DNA of 63,509 nucleotides, filler included, from Atractiella rhizophila (Eukaryota): NCBI GenBank assembly GCA_021432655.1. It is 7 parts of 7 records of this genome, joined end to end, with 100 filler letters (N's around TTAATTAATTAA, not from the genome) between each part and the next. Parts side by side here need not be neighbours in the genome. Positions count along the whole stretch, not along the records: positions 47,853 to 59,586 come from MU272027.1; positions 59,687 to 61,618 come from MU272029.1; positions 61,719 to 63,509 come from MU272036.1; 4 more parts are not named here. One strand, 5' to 3'. Shown piece by piece: positions 50,779 to 63,509 of this stretch (position 1 is its first letter; each line of letters starts with the position of its first letter). The notes under the pieces were generated by a model. It saw only the letters and a program-made list of their open reading frames with translations, ran no database searches and was not told where the DNA came from. The position numbers and the translations under genes were made by a program.

Positions 50779-53490
50779 CTTGATTGATTATTCTTGGGGG
50801 AGAGTCTGTGAACTGAGCGGTATGTTGTTTTATGGGCAGACCAGGTTGGCAGATCGGTAATTAGCCTCAGCAGAGACGTTCTGTCAGGGAAAGGTGTAGG
50901 AGTTAACTCGTTGCCGCTTCCTTATGGGTTAGGCACGTTTGGAGTGAACTCTTGGAGACAATCTGCAACAAGCAAAGGCGTCAATGTTCTGGTCATCGAG
51001 AAAACACAGCGGACCTTTTGATGCCAGCTGGAAACTTGTTCTCGACTGTATTGTTCGCGTGACTTTCCAAAACAGTTCTCTTTCAGTGCCCTACACCCCA
51101 GCAAGGTCCACACCATACCTGGAAGGTTGAAGTTCGAGGGAAAGTTCGCTTACAAAGGCAAGCTTTGGTCGCGTTCCGATGTTAAAGCTAGGAAACTGTC
51201 CTCTGACCTCAGCTGAAGCACAATCCACGACAACACAACACCCGATATACCCAATTTCGAAGGAGGGAAAGCTACGAAATTTGCTTGGGGATTTTATACC
51301 CTGACCTGTCGGACTCCAATGCGCTGGAGCGACCAAATAAATTTCGGAAGTTGAAACGTAAGAAAGGATGGAAGCAGCGAAATGCAAGGTGTTGAAGCAG
51401 GTTTGAGGGAATGAACGGCTTTCAGAGCTTTTTCTAGCCCAGAAGCTCATCTTGCATCCCAATCACCGTCCTTCAATCCTGCAACTGTGAGACTCATTTG
51501 TGCACGGCCGCGACACTTCATGTTCCTTCAGCAGGAAATGGTTGTGACTCTTGAGAAGCTCGCCACGATATGCTGGAGTCATTTGGCTGGAAGCGTCGCA
51601 CGGACGCAGATGTTCAACATGATAGGGATGAGTCGCTGATGGTGGTAAGGTTCCTCCGCATCAATAAAACTTTCCAAAACCTAATCTTGCGTAAGCGCCA
51701 ACCCCTTCTTTTGGTTTGTTGCTGCTCTGCGACATGTTTATGGAAGCGTCTTTCATTTGCTTTGGTCCTCACAGCACGTCAACCTGGCTCTGGTCCACTA
51801 CTGTTCATCCTTCGACGTCAGAAGTTGCTTGAAAAGACACCTGCTTTAGGAGTCAACTCGATCTCTTGGGCTCGATTTTGGATGCGGCAGGAAGGACATG
51901 CGAAAGACAGACGATGTCAGATAGACTTGGGCTGCAAGTGGAGCAGACTTTGTAAGAGCGATTTCGGGAGGGCGCTCTAGGTTGTTTCTGATCGACAACA
52001 TGGTGCAGGAGGTTGACTGGGTTGACTGAGGTAGGTCACCGTACAGTATCACGGTGTTATTTTTCTCCTGCTTCAAGACCTAAAACATCCACTCCGCCGT
52101 ATCCCTCATCTTCACTCTGCTCTCCGTCCAGTTACCAATCCCCAACTCTTCCCATGTTGTTGGTATCAACAGCATAGTGCTTCTCTATTCCATTCGCCAT
52201 CCGTGTAATATTCGTCATCTGCTTGTCTGGAAACAGTTGTGCCAAAACTCGGCGATTTCTAGCATACAATGCACTCCCGCTCCTATCATACAAGGATCGT
52301 TTTAGCTACTTTTGAATAATTTTTGAAGCGGTAGATTGACTGAGGAACGCACGACTTTATACCGCTTTCCAGCAGAGATACGGAGGGAGATGGGACAGGA
52401 AGTGAGGAGACAGACGTTGCGAACATCGATAAAGAGAGGAAAGAGGTCAGGAGCGAGCGGTGGCTCCTTGAGGAGAATTTGGCTATCCCTAGTTGACAGT
52501 ATGGCCGCAGGTCACTTCATGTGAGATGAATCAGAGCAACAACCACTTGTCGTCGATTGTAAATCGCTTAGATTTCTCATATCTTTCCTCTCGCACCATC
52601 AACTTTCTTCAACCAGAGAACGAACGCAGCCACAGATAATTGCAGGGCAAAGGACAGTCATCTTGAACTTTAACTTCCTTTTATTATCTTCCTGTCACAA
52701 GCCGGAACATCTCCTCAGTCCCTATATCGCAGAAATCAACAAGTCTTCAGCACTCCCAGGACTGTGGGTGATGGTAGAATCATTGTGCACGATGCCCCAT
52801 GCACCCCTCACCGCTTTCTCTACAGCTCCAGGGACAACTTATGCCTTTCACTTCAACTCATTCGACTTATCCCTGATATTCGGGATGGATCTCCCCAAAT
52901 GCGCCACACTTGGGCGACCGACTCGCGCCTCGTGCCTAACAGCCGCATTAGACAAGGTGCAGTCCAAGATGGATACCGAGAAACCTGAGAACCGATGACC
53001 ACAACAAGTTTATTGGTAGGAGAAGTAATCGTGAATACGTTCTTCCAATAAGCAAAAAGTGTACAACGAATGTATGGGTGTCTTTCTCGCCTCATGTATC
53101 AGCACTACCGATCACTGAGAGCTGAGGTGAAGGTGCCGGCGAAGTCACTTCTTCATATGCGGGAGGCAGAGAGGGGAAATCGTTGAAGTTATGCGACGGG
53201 TGGGGCCACTTGCCAGAAATGTGGCTGAATGGGCAAGGAACGGGACAGGTTCTGGTTGGTTCTGGCATTGGCGCAGGTCACAAGGGGGACAGGCTGTCAC
53301 GGTTGTGGGACAACGGTACTGGCGAGAGATGAGGTAAAACCACTTGTGATCATGATTGGGGCATAAACAGATACAGATGTCAAAGTGTGGTCGTACCAAG
53401 ACTGAAACAGCATTGCTTAACAAAACCAAAGAATTCGTGACTAGCTGGCGCACCGACCGACATGAAGTATTGCTTTGTGTCGTTTGTTCT

Positions 53491-56400
53491 TCAATGAGGA
53501 GCAATCCTCCGATCTTCAAACAACCTTGTCCTCCTATCATCGAATCTGGAATAACCATTGGGATATCTTCCTCTTGTTTCCCTCGTCTCTCGCTCTGGAC
53601 TTCTTGACCGCCTATCATCGAATCTGAATCTCTCCAAACTGTACGACCTTTCTCTCCTGAGGGGAACCGGACTTCTAGAGCGATATCTCATCGGGCTTCT
53701 CGACCTCTCCCTTCTCGGAGGGCTCCTCGAGCGTCGACGGCTCGGAGGTGACACAGATCGTCGTCTCTCCAGTGACAGTCTTGGAAGGCGAGACATTGAA
53801 AGCGGCGGCTCCACGTTCCTATTCCTTGATGTATAAGCAGGGACGTCGTTCCGCCCATTCCCATTCCCATTGTCGGTGCGTGCATCCGACGGTCTCTCTC
53901 CACGATCCCTTTCCGGCCCCTGTAGGGCATCAAAACTTTGTTGATTCCTCAACGTTGCGCCGCTATTGAACTGCGCGTCCAATCTCGCATCTTCTAGACC
54001 AGGTACATGGCGTCCTCGCCTCCGAAGCACTGCTAAAGCTTCTTCAAGTTCTCTGTCTTCTTCAACAGCAGCCACATGAGATGGTCCCCAATCTTGAGAT
54101 CCGATAGGCTGTGACCTTTGAACAACTGGCATCTCAGATGTTGACCTTGACAATCGTGACATTCCTATGCCAGCATTTTTCAAAATCTTCTAAAACAATA
54201 GAATCGACGGACCTGGCTCGAAACCACTTTCCCTCCCGTCCCTTGCTAGAAAACCGTGGAGCAGGCTAGACCTAAGATCGAAACCCTCCCTCCCTCGTAA
54301 CAGATGAGGGAGAGGGTCAGCGAAGGTTGATCGACTGCCGTAAACATCACCACTGGCATAAAGGCTCAGTCGTTCGCGCTCCTTATCCAGAGCACGTAGC
54401 CGCTCGATGCTCTCAAGACGAGCTAGCTCATAACTATACTCTCGTTCAATATCTAACACGGTCTGCCTGCCTGCAGCAATCGAGCGAAAGTCAGACGGTG
54501 GGTCGGGGACAACGGATCGGGAGCGAAGAGCTGCTTCGTCTCTGCAAGGACACGGCTTCAGCAAAGTCACAAAGAAAAGCGGGATAAGACCTAAAGTCTG
54601 ACCCCCTAGCCAAATCCTCTTTGGGTCTTTCCAAGCTTCTTCCTCTCGCAGGAGCGAGTGTGACATCTCTAAAACGGTCTGCCATGTCAGCCAGAACTGG
54701 TTTACGGTCAGGCTCCCTTCTTCTGTCTCTGTCTCTGTCATACTCGCGCTCCCTGTCCTCCCTTTCGCGTTCACGATCTAACTCCATTCTTCTCTCGCGG
54801 TCCTTCTCCTCTCGCGCTCTTTCATGCTCCAATTCCATCCTTCGCTCTCGCTCCCTCTCTCGATCTTCATCCTCTCTGCGGCCATAAGATCGTCTAAAAG
54901 TATCCCTATCATCCTCCCTTTCTGGCTCTCGCTGATTGATAGGAGATAAAGCTCTGCGATCAGGCCGTCCAGCAATGGAAGATCGAGAATCTCGCCTCCT
55001 GTTTCCGACGTATCATAGTTGGAATCGGATAGATACTTTGAAGGGGAATAACCAACCTTCTTCCTACACCACTTGCACCCATGGAATTGAACGTCCCACG
55101 ACGATCGTCGCTCCCATATTCGTCCCCAAATCGCCTTGGCCTTGGTCCATCGTCATTTGGCGGTGCATGTGAAGGAGGGCCGGTGTTTGCCTTGGATACT
55201 GCCACGTCTTGGGATCTTGGGGCATTATCCGATTTTCTATGCCACGACGGATTCTGAAGAGAAATAGGCTGAGTTGACGATGGAGCATCCATGCCTCTCA
55301 TTGCCCACGTCCGAAGATCACTAGCCGATGAAGCAGGCTTAAGCTGCGCTGTTTGAGGCTGGGTTTGAGGGCGAAATTGCGACTGTTGTTGTGCGTGAGG
55401 CTTTCGTGCGCCTAAGCTAGCAGGCTCTTGCACTGGCGAATCGATTTCCATGTCAATAGCTCTCTCTCCATCTCCATCTTTGCCATCCTGCGCATTAGCG
55501 TTGGAGGCGGCAGGAGCAGTTGAGGTAGGCTGCGAAGCTGAGAACGCAGGCAGAGGCGGAAGAGAATACTCAGCCGTATTCCTCCTCAACGATGGCCCTG
55601 TCGGCGTCTTCGAATTCCCTCTCCCTCTCCCTCTTCCCCTACCCCTACCAGCATCATTGGCGTTATCCCTTTCTTTCCCAGCGCTGGGGTTGAAGCCGAC
55701 GCCGACGCCAACTCCTCCATTTCCGATTCCCCCTTCCACACTTGCAACAGGAGCGCCACGACCTTTCCCCTGTCCGTCAGCTGAGTTGACACTAGCAGCA
55801 ACCTCTCCCCGTTCTTTAGACAGCTTCTCTTGGAGCTTCAACTTCACCGCTTCTGCCTTCCCCTTTTGAAAATCATCTATCCCTCTCGCGCTGGAACTCC
55901 CCATTTCATCAACAGTACTGGGACCAGGAGGCTCCACTTTCACACCAATCGAAGTTGTCACCGGAGTGAGAGGAGCAGGACGCGATCCAGTAATCTCGCA
56001 TGACGGTTCTCGCGCCTCTCTCGCTTTGGTCTCCGTCGCCCTACTCCCACCCGACATTGGCTGTGATTGTTGCTGTTGTCCTGGCAGTGTTCCATTCTTG
56101 TTCTGAGACTGTGAACCCGAACTACCATTCATTGTCGACGTCACCTCCGTCCCTCCGTTCAACGGTTTGTAAATGGGGTGCGTTCCTCCATCGATGTCCT
56201 CCTTTAGCCTCCTCAGCTTCTGCAAGTCATCCTGTGTTCCCACTTCCCCGTCTTGTGCCCGTACGTGCGAGTATTCATACGCACTATTGGAATTGTAATA
56301 TGAAGATGCGCCGAGGTCGGAGTAGTAACCTCCAGATGGTGCAGAAGCAGGACCAGGATAAGTTCCATTCCCTTTCCTTCCTGCATACGCACCGCCGCCA

Positions 56401-56561
56401 CGACCTCGGAAGCCAAAACTAGAATTTGAATCATAACCTCCTCCACGTCCACCTCCTCGACCACCGCTGCCACCTCGGGAAGGATAGTATTTTGAGGGAC
56501 CCCCACGATTAGAGGGGTCATGTTGCTGAAAGTAGTGGGAACGCGAACGCGAACGCGACAT
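53491..56561 (-). CDS. Large low-complexity RGG/RE/RS-rich (RNA-associated-like) hypothetical protein
   Basis: Consecutive ORFs 54960-56561, 54491-54838 and 53491-54183 with RGG boxes, ER repeats and RSRSP repeats. The joins are unresolved. Confidence 0.6.
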
Positions 56562-57043
56562 TGGTGTCCAACTTTCTTGGTTCTTAAAGTGACGTCAAGA
56601 AAGAAACTGATGAACCGATATCCTTTCCCCTTCTAAGAAATGAGTACGCACCATCTTTGAGACCCTTTGCTTTCCTGGTAGAGATGAACAATCTTTGGTG
56701 CCTCGCAACAGAGTCTAACTTTAACGTCTTGCGGTGGATATCTAAAGACCCCTTCTGTGATAGATATCTGCACAATCTGGTATCTTTCCCTCGAAACGAC
56801 ACAGCTATGATGCTCTAGAGCGTGGCGTGTTTGCAACCTCTGCTGTTGTGATCTCACCGCAAGAAGTCCTTCCAACCAAACGTCACAAATAAAACCATTC
56901 GTTGTGCCTACTTTATCAGCCGACTTCTTGTTTTCACGTCGCTTTTAACATCTTTACCCGGCTACCCTTACATCCGTGAACTTGCGGTAAGTCACTTTGT
57001 TATCTCAAGTATGCTGAGCTGATTTTCTGCGTTTGCAGTCGCA

Positions 57044-58612
57044 ATGCAATCCTCGCCAACCCCGACCACTTCTACGTCCACAGCGTCTTCTCTCCTCTTC
57101 CCAGCTGGAGGACAAGCAGAGATTAGTCCGTCTCTTCCTTCTGTGTCTACCTCTCGGCTGAGATCTGAGGATAGTCCGTGCTCATCAAAAGGACATGTAT
57201 TATGCGAAAGAGGTCGAACATCGACTTGAAAGTATTCTAATGGCTCTCTTTGGTACACATTCTCTGTTCTTCATTTAGACACAAAATATCCTTCGGGTTT
57301 TTGACAATGGTCCCATCCACATAGGGTCAAGGTGGGTCAGGAAGTGGGATGATGAGATTGAGGCTTTCTCTCGTGCCATCTATTACGGGCTGACAACAAT
57401 CGACGGTTCGTCTTCTAAGCTCTCTCTCGTTTTGCAAGATTACAACTTACCCCCTGCTATTGCGTTTAAGGTACGCAAACGCTGGGAGAGGAATATTGCG
57501 ATATCGTCCAATTCAATTCCAGAACACAAACGCTTCCCACCCGTGTCGTGCGTCTCTAGTCTCATGCGTTCCGTGAATCGTCGGTAATAACTTCCGTTTG
57601 ATCTTTGTCACATAGCTTCGCTCTGTCGTCGTCCTTACGCATTCCCTCACCCCATTGTTCGTCGAGAAATTCCTCCCCTACCTACGCAAAAGGCGGCTCG
57701 AAGCACGGGCTGCATCGTCTTTGGAACACGAACCAGCCAGTCACGAGAAGGCTCAAGTCGTCTTTTCACCTACCCTTGTAAGATCTCCAACGCAACTATC
57801 ATCAAGGGCTACCCGCATCAAGGAGCTCGTCTCAGAGTACCTACGAACGCTGAAAGACCTCTTTTGGACATTGGACACCAAGACAATAGTGGAACAGATA
57901 GCGAGACCGATGCATCTGGCACTGTTTTATCTGTTTGGCAAATACTTCCATTTCTCCAAACGGCTATGGGGAGTCTCCTACGTTCGTTAATCCCTCGTCC
58001 AACCTTTACTCATCTCTCCCAAACTATAATCTCAAGGATGCGATGTTGTATTATAGATTGCCACACAGGCGAGACTGCCAACGGACTATATACCTTCATA
58101 CGAGCTCCTTGGTTTTCTCCTCTCCATACAGCTCTCCCTTAGGCTCATCCTCACCATTCGGGCTCGTCGGACAGGTGAAATCTCTTCAGAAACTGGCAAA
58201 CTCGAAAAGGATCCAGTTGTGGAATCAGACCGAAAGGCCTTGACGGTGGACGGACTCCCTGTGCGCGACAAAGTGCTGGATACGAAGAATCCTTCCCCAG
58301 CTGATGACGACGAAGTGGATGGCGAACCACCGCAGAAAAGGTGTACGCTTTGTCTGGGGAGGAAGAGGGACCCGACGCTGACCGAATGTGGACATGTTTG
58401 TGCGTTTCCAATATTCCTTATGTGGTGAAGGCGAGGGTTGATATCTGAGAGCAGATTGTTGGGAATGTATCGTGGGATGGGCGAGGGAAAAGGTTCGTAT
58501 CTTCACTTTGCAGAAGAAACGGCGCGCTGACGTTAGGAAACAGGCTGAGTGCCCGCTGTGTAGACAGGCGATCGCGTTCAATAAGCTGTTGCCACTATAT
58601 AATTACTCATGA
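57044..58612 (+). CDS. PEX10: Peroxisome biogenesis factor 10 (Pex2/Pex12 N-domain + RING)
   Basis: FPAGGQAEI-IRAHQKD, YYGLTT..GTQTLGEEYCDI, HLALFYLFGKYFHFSKRLWG, SYELLG and CTLCL...TECGHVFCWECI...ECPLCRQ. Confidence 0.93.
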
Positions 58613-58965
58613 TCTTAATCATTCTTGACTTGGCAATGTCATGAAACTTCTTCTTGAGCTTTCTAGGCAAAACTTTCGCATTCGGATATTTATTTCACTC
58701 CCGTCAGGATTCTATGTAAACCGCAGATCTAGTAGCTCGTTGTGCAGCATTACTGCATTATGCGTACAAAGGACGTAATCTGAGAAATCATACCAACTGC
58801 TCTGCTGTCCGGGTTTGCTATCAGTGCAACCGCAGTCGGAACCCTAAATTCATTGTTCCCTCCATCATCTTGCAATTTGCCTCAAACTTCCAGCTTCGCG
58901 CCTTACAATAACAAGTCGCGTCAAGCCAAACCTTTCGTGCCTTATACGAAAATTTATCGCCAACC

Positions 58966-59586
58966 ATGTCTTTCTTGGTTGCCCATACTTCAGTACCTGA
59001 CGCCTACGCCTCGACCAGCTCATTGATCCAGAATTTAGTAGCACAATCACGGGAGAAAGGGAAAGGGAAGGAGGAGGAGACTCCATCGGCTGAGGCACCA
59101 TACCCGGGTAGATGTGATAGTGAATTGTTGATGCTGGTCCGAAAATTGGAGCATTGGAAACCAGCCGTGGTGGACGAATCGAATAGGAAAGGTGGATTAC
59201 ACAATTATTGGAGTAAGTGGACCATGACATACGTATGAGTGTTAACTACTAACATTGAACACTGTTTTTATTTAAGGTGAGAGCTACTCACTCATTGTAA
59301 CTCTTATGCACAAGCTGACAACATTTCCAGGCAATATGCGGAGGAACTTCGGATGGGTTATGGCAGATTTTGAAGCGGCTTGGAGGACCTGGGAAGAGGC
59401 TTTTGGGCTTAACGTGAGGAATCTGCTACAATAGCATTGAACTAATATTTTCCCAGCGTCCTGTATTGGAACTTTTTGGACTGGCGGAGCTGCTGATCAA
59501 AACTCTTTCTGAGTGGATGAGATTTTGGGAGCCGTTTTCTGATACGGACGAGCCTCTGTCAGCTTTACTTTCGTGCTGTCAACAAG
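58966..59586 (+). CDS. Hypothetical protein, 3' truncated
   Basis: ATG-initiated ORF followed by GT-AG introns. No family recognised. Confidence 0.35.
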
Positions 59587-59686
59587 NNNNNNNNNNNNNN
59601 NNNNNNNNNNNNNNNNNNNNNNNNNNNNNNTTAATTAATTAANNNNNNNNNNNNNNNNNNNNNNNNNNNNNNNNNNNNNNNNNNNN
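59587..59686. other. Artificial contig linker
   Basis: N44-TTAATTAATTAA-N44. Confidence 0.98.
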
Positions 59687-60556
59687 ACCTCCTTCTTGCT
59701 GAAAGGTCCAGGGTTCAAGTTGAAGTCGTATCCAAAGAGAGTGAATCCCCAAGAGGGAAGGACCTTGGCGAAGAAAGTACCGGCGGGGTAGGCAAGGATC
59801 TGTGCTACGTTGGAGTAGACGTAGATACCTGGCTGACGGATGTCGAAGAACTGATTGATGAATGCTCCGGCGGCAACATAAACCTGCACAGTAGTGGTTA
59901 GAAAAAGGAACGAGCAAGTAAGAAAAGACTGACAAGACCAATGATCCAAGCTCTGATCGTCAAACACGGCTCGGTGGGATCATCACTGTTTTTACAACCA
60001 TCAGTCTTTGCTAAAAGAGCGCAACGAAAAAACGCACTGATTGTCGACCACAGCTCTGACCTCGGTATAGGGACTGTTGACAGTGATGAGGGCCATTTCG
60101 ACCTTCAACTCCTGCCAGGCCTCAGGATCTGTAGTCCTCAAATCCTCGTCCATCGCCCGCCTGACGAGAGCCTGAGCGTGCGCAGGGAAATTGGGATCCG
60201 CGCCGTGGTATTCTTGGACGTAGTGAGCCTTGTCGAGGACTTGGTCGTCCGACATCGTCTACTCGACGAAACGCAGGTTAGAGATGAGTATCCAGGAAGG
60301 AGGGTTTGAAACATGCCTTCGAGTACTCGATGGCTTCTGCCAGATCTTCAGCGAGAGCTTCGAATGTCCTCTCTGCTGCATGAGTTACTTCTTGAACGGC
60401 CTACAGTTGATCCACATTCATCAATATTGATTCAGTGAGAAGGAAGGAGACACGAACAGCATAAGCCTCAGTCTTCTCATCATAAACCGATCCATCCTTC
60501 TTATCCAAGCCCGCCTCCTCCACCTTCTGTTGCCTTTCCAAATCGACGTTCGACAT
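59687..60556 (-). CDS. OPT-family oligopeptide transporter, 5' part
   Basis: NSPYTEVRAVVDN-DDPTEPCLTIRAWIIG, INQFFDIRQP, VAQILAYPAG and LNPGPFSKKE. Confidence 0.92.
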
Positions 60557-61618
60557 TGCGCTTCTTAATTCTTGCACACTTCAAGCTGAACTTCTAGGGA
60601 GACGAAGCAGCAATCCCAAATGGGAGTGGCGAAAAAGACAGAAGAAAAGTCAAGGAAAAACCTCAAAGGAAAGGGGATGAATGGCAACAGATGGTGCTTA
60701 TATGGTGTGGAGGGGGAGAACAACGCTATAGCGACGGTCGGTGTATGTGTCACGCAACTGGAGCGGAGAGAGGCGCGAAGGGGAGATAGGGATTGTGAAT
60801 GTGAATGAGTGTTGGTCTTGGCGGGATTCGATTCCGTGCATTACACAGCTATTTTTGGATCCTTTTATCACCATGTCGATCGTTCATTCAGAGCTTCCCG
60901 AAGCGTTAGTGGCATTACTTTTTCACACGTAACAGCGATTCATATATTCAGAGGCATCATGAAAGCAATCGCGACATTCCAACCACACTTCTCCTGCATC
61001 CATCCCGCTCTCTTTGAGACATCCACCGAATATCCACTCGACTTAACAGAAGCAAAGGCAAGTGAAGGTAACCGGCGGCAACAACGACTGACCGGACCAC
61101 CGCACGCCAATACACCGTGGTTTCTGCATGACTAATTGATTGATTGGCTCGAGAAGCAAGATAAGCTCGGGACTTTGGGATTGCTCCTCGCCTTTTCGTG
61201 GTGATCTACAGCCTCTCATCCTTCTATCCGCCTTATCAGATTCTTTCTGAGCACCATGGCTTCCCGTCTCTCTGCATCTGTTCCCACATGCGATCACTCC
61301 AGGATGAGGAGGAGCAATATTCCTTGCTTGCTCCACATGGCATCGTGGAAAGTGGAAGTGGTAATTTCAGATTAAAACCTTATTGAACGAATTAACAGCA
61401 CATACAATGCAATCAATTCAACAGCTGGGCAGCTGAAAAAGCTTAACAAAGCAGAGCTGAGGAGAGGAGAAGAGGATCGAGAGGCAGCTCTGAGGGGATA
61501 GACATTACTGTGCTGAGGTGAGTGGAAGTTGGCTGGAGTGAATTGCCCTTCAGCTTGTTCAAACCGTGAACTTGTGAAACGCGGTGCAGCGTATGCTCGT
61601 GCAGTCTAATGATTGAAT

Positions 61619-61718
61619 NNNNNNNNNNNNNNNNNNNNNNNNNNNNNNNNNNNNNNNNNNNNTTAATTAATTAANNNNNNNNNNNNNNNNNNNNNNNNNN
61701 NNNNNNNNNNNNNNNNNN
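61619..61718. other. Artificial contig linker
   Basis: N44-TTAATTAATTAA-N44. Confidence 0.98.
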
Positions 61719-61883
61719 CCAGTCCCAACCGCCAGTACCACCACCAGGGCAACAGCGGGATCGACTTCAACGTCTGACCCGAAGTCAGCCCATGGCGGTT
61801 CCAGTGCGTTCAGGGATGCACAAGTTGCAATGAGCGTTGTTGGAGCAACAATTTTCCTCATCGCTTCCTCATTTTTCGTTTAG
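61719..61883 (+). CDS. C-terminus of a Ser/Thr-rich, GPI-anchor-like protein
   Basis: PVPTASTTTRATAGSTSTSDPKSAHGGSSA...VAMSVVGATIFLIASSFFV*, with a hydrophobic tail. It continues the frame running at the window end (about 63400-63509). Confidence 0.55.
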   Translation, partial: PVPTASTTTRATAGSTSTSDPKSAHGGSSAFRDAQVAMSVVGATIFLIASSFFV

Positions 61884-63509
61884 GGGATGCCTGAATGCAG
61901 CCAACTCGTTTTATTTTGTAAAAAAGAAAGAATGTTTGACATCTATTACACTTTCACCTGCTTCTGAGTCCCGACCATTACGCCCGCTTGTTGTGCTTCT
62001 TCGAATATCCGACCTGCATCGCGACAACCGAGGATGAACGTCGTTGTAAGTAGCGCCTCTGAGTCCTTGAATGAATCAGCTTGAATTCATCACCCGAGAT
62101 CGGAGTCGAAACGATAGGGCCGATAAGTGTCCTCCACCTCTGCCACCTGCCACCTCTTTACTCGCGCACGGCCCTCTAAGGTCGTTGTCGTCCAACTCTT
62201 TATAACGTTCAACGACACCGTCATCCTCGAAGGAGGGAAATGCAGTCAAAAGAGACTGACACCTGATGTGTGTGGTGTGGCTGAGAAAGATGAGTATGTA
62301 GTCCCTCCCAGCCTGTTATCCTTCGCACCGGTGATTCTTATTTCCTGACATGAGTTAACTGTTCGTGTATTGATTTCATGTCCGTTTATTCTAATAGCTG
62401 GTTCACGATATTACATTCATGTTCATTGATACATGGGCACTGCCAAGCGCCCTGAGCTACCAGGGATTAGAACCGTCTGCTAGGAGACTGATTGGATGCT
62501 CACCGTGAAACAGTACAGTCAGGTCGCATTTACAGTGACAAGCACGGCCTCCAATCCGATGCTTTGAACCAGCTGTTGTCTATGTCCAAGGAGTATGCGG
62601 ATCAGAGGGTGCTGAGTTATTTGTTGTCCTATCCGGTCACCCTGGCTCCTTTATAAAATTTATAAAAGGCCTCGAGGAATGGTTTGTCCAATCACACACA
62701 TCTCATCAGGTTTTCATAATTCAGCTTATTCGCTTGACAACTCCTCATGATCGCTTCACGCACCACCCTTTTTTCTATCTTTTTCTTGGTCGCAGAGTTG
62801 AGTAACGCTGCCAATCTCTTGCCCGTCAAACAGCGAAGAGCAATTGGTCCTCTTTCTGTGAGTTCCTCTGCTCTGCTCGATCTTTCGCTCCGACTGCTTA
62901 CTGCTTGCTCGTAGGATGGCGGTTCGATCGACGCCATCCAATGCACCTCCTCTCTCAACTCCACTACCAAAGCTGACTGTAAACCTCTCCTTTCTCATTG
63001 CCACACTCGTTCTAACTTGGCTCAGGCGCCGCTTTTCGAGATTGTTGGGCCGTGGATCCAACAACTTGCGACTTGAGCATTAAAGGTGTCAATGGATTCA
63101 CATCGCTCACGGTCGGGGGTTGTACCGTTGGCACCTGGCAATTCACGAAAGTTTATACTGAGAACGTAACAGAGTTAGTGTCCTATATTTCATGGTAATT
63201 TCACTCACTGATCATTTTCCGTTTCAGAGCAGCGGTTGCCGGCTTCCTTTCAACGCAAATAGACAACTGTGGAAGTAACGCAGCCGTGATGCTCGCCGTG
63301 AGACTTAACTACATGTCTCATAGAAAATCAAACGCTAATATGTGGAAACAGACGATCAAAGAGCCGGATGGCACTTCCTTTGCATACTGTGCCGCGGTAG
63401 CAGGATCTATCGATGACGCTTTTATCAAGAACGGCTGCCCAACCAGCCTCCCACAGAATGCCTATGCTGCCCCTACTCAGCCAGTCCCAACCGCCAGTAC
63501 CACCACCAG

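Noticed and set aside
50900..52520. Possible F-box/LRR-like pseudogene on the minus strand
   Set aside because: Only compositional hints, with no diagnostic motif.

Overview
This is eukaryotic fungal DNA, most likely a basidiomycete, judged from the short (about 42-55 nt) GT-AG introns and the gene families. It is not one locus. Seven contigs are joined by artificial 100-nt linkers (N44-TTAATTAATTAA-N44) in descending size order (11918, 11903, 11854, 11777, 11734, 1932, 1791 bp), so adjacency across linkers is meaningless. Contig 1: SF3B2/CUS1 3' end, RRP12 (853-bp internal duplication), ARL3/ARFRP1, then LTR and copia relics. Contig 2 is a transposon graveyard: a Penelope-like RT followed by a DEDDh (DnaQ-like) exonuclease ORF and two copies of a putative structured RNA, a patatin pseudogene, and DDE, Helitron, hAT and LINE fragments. 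Contig 3: a CE5 cutinase/acetylxylan esterase and a large TRANK1-like gene (RelE/ParE-like domain + UvrD-type SF1 helicase + TPR) with a 1.7-kb duplication. Contig 4: NmrA-like genes, partial PGM2, a RING/TRAF/ZZ protein and a UBL-BAG protein. Contig 5: AAA+ ATPase, an RS-rich protein and PEX10. Contig 6: OPT transporter. Contig 7: a terminally redundant contig with a GPI-like protein. The best novelty candidates are the compact RT + DEDDh exonuclease + structured-RNA element (about 12290-15340) and the RelE-like/UvrD/TPR fusion. All calls come from motif recognition by eye; no searches were run.
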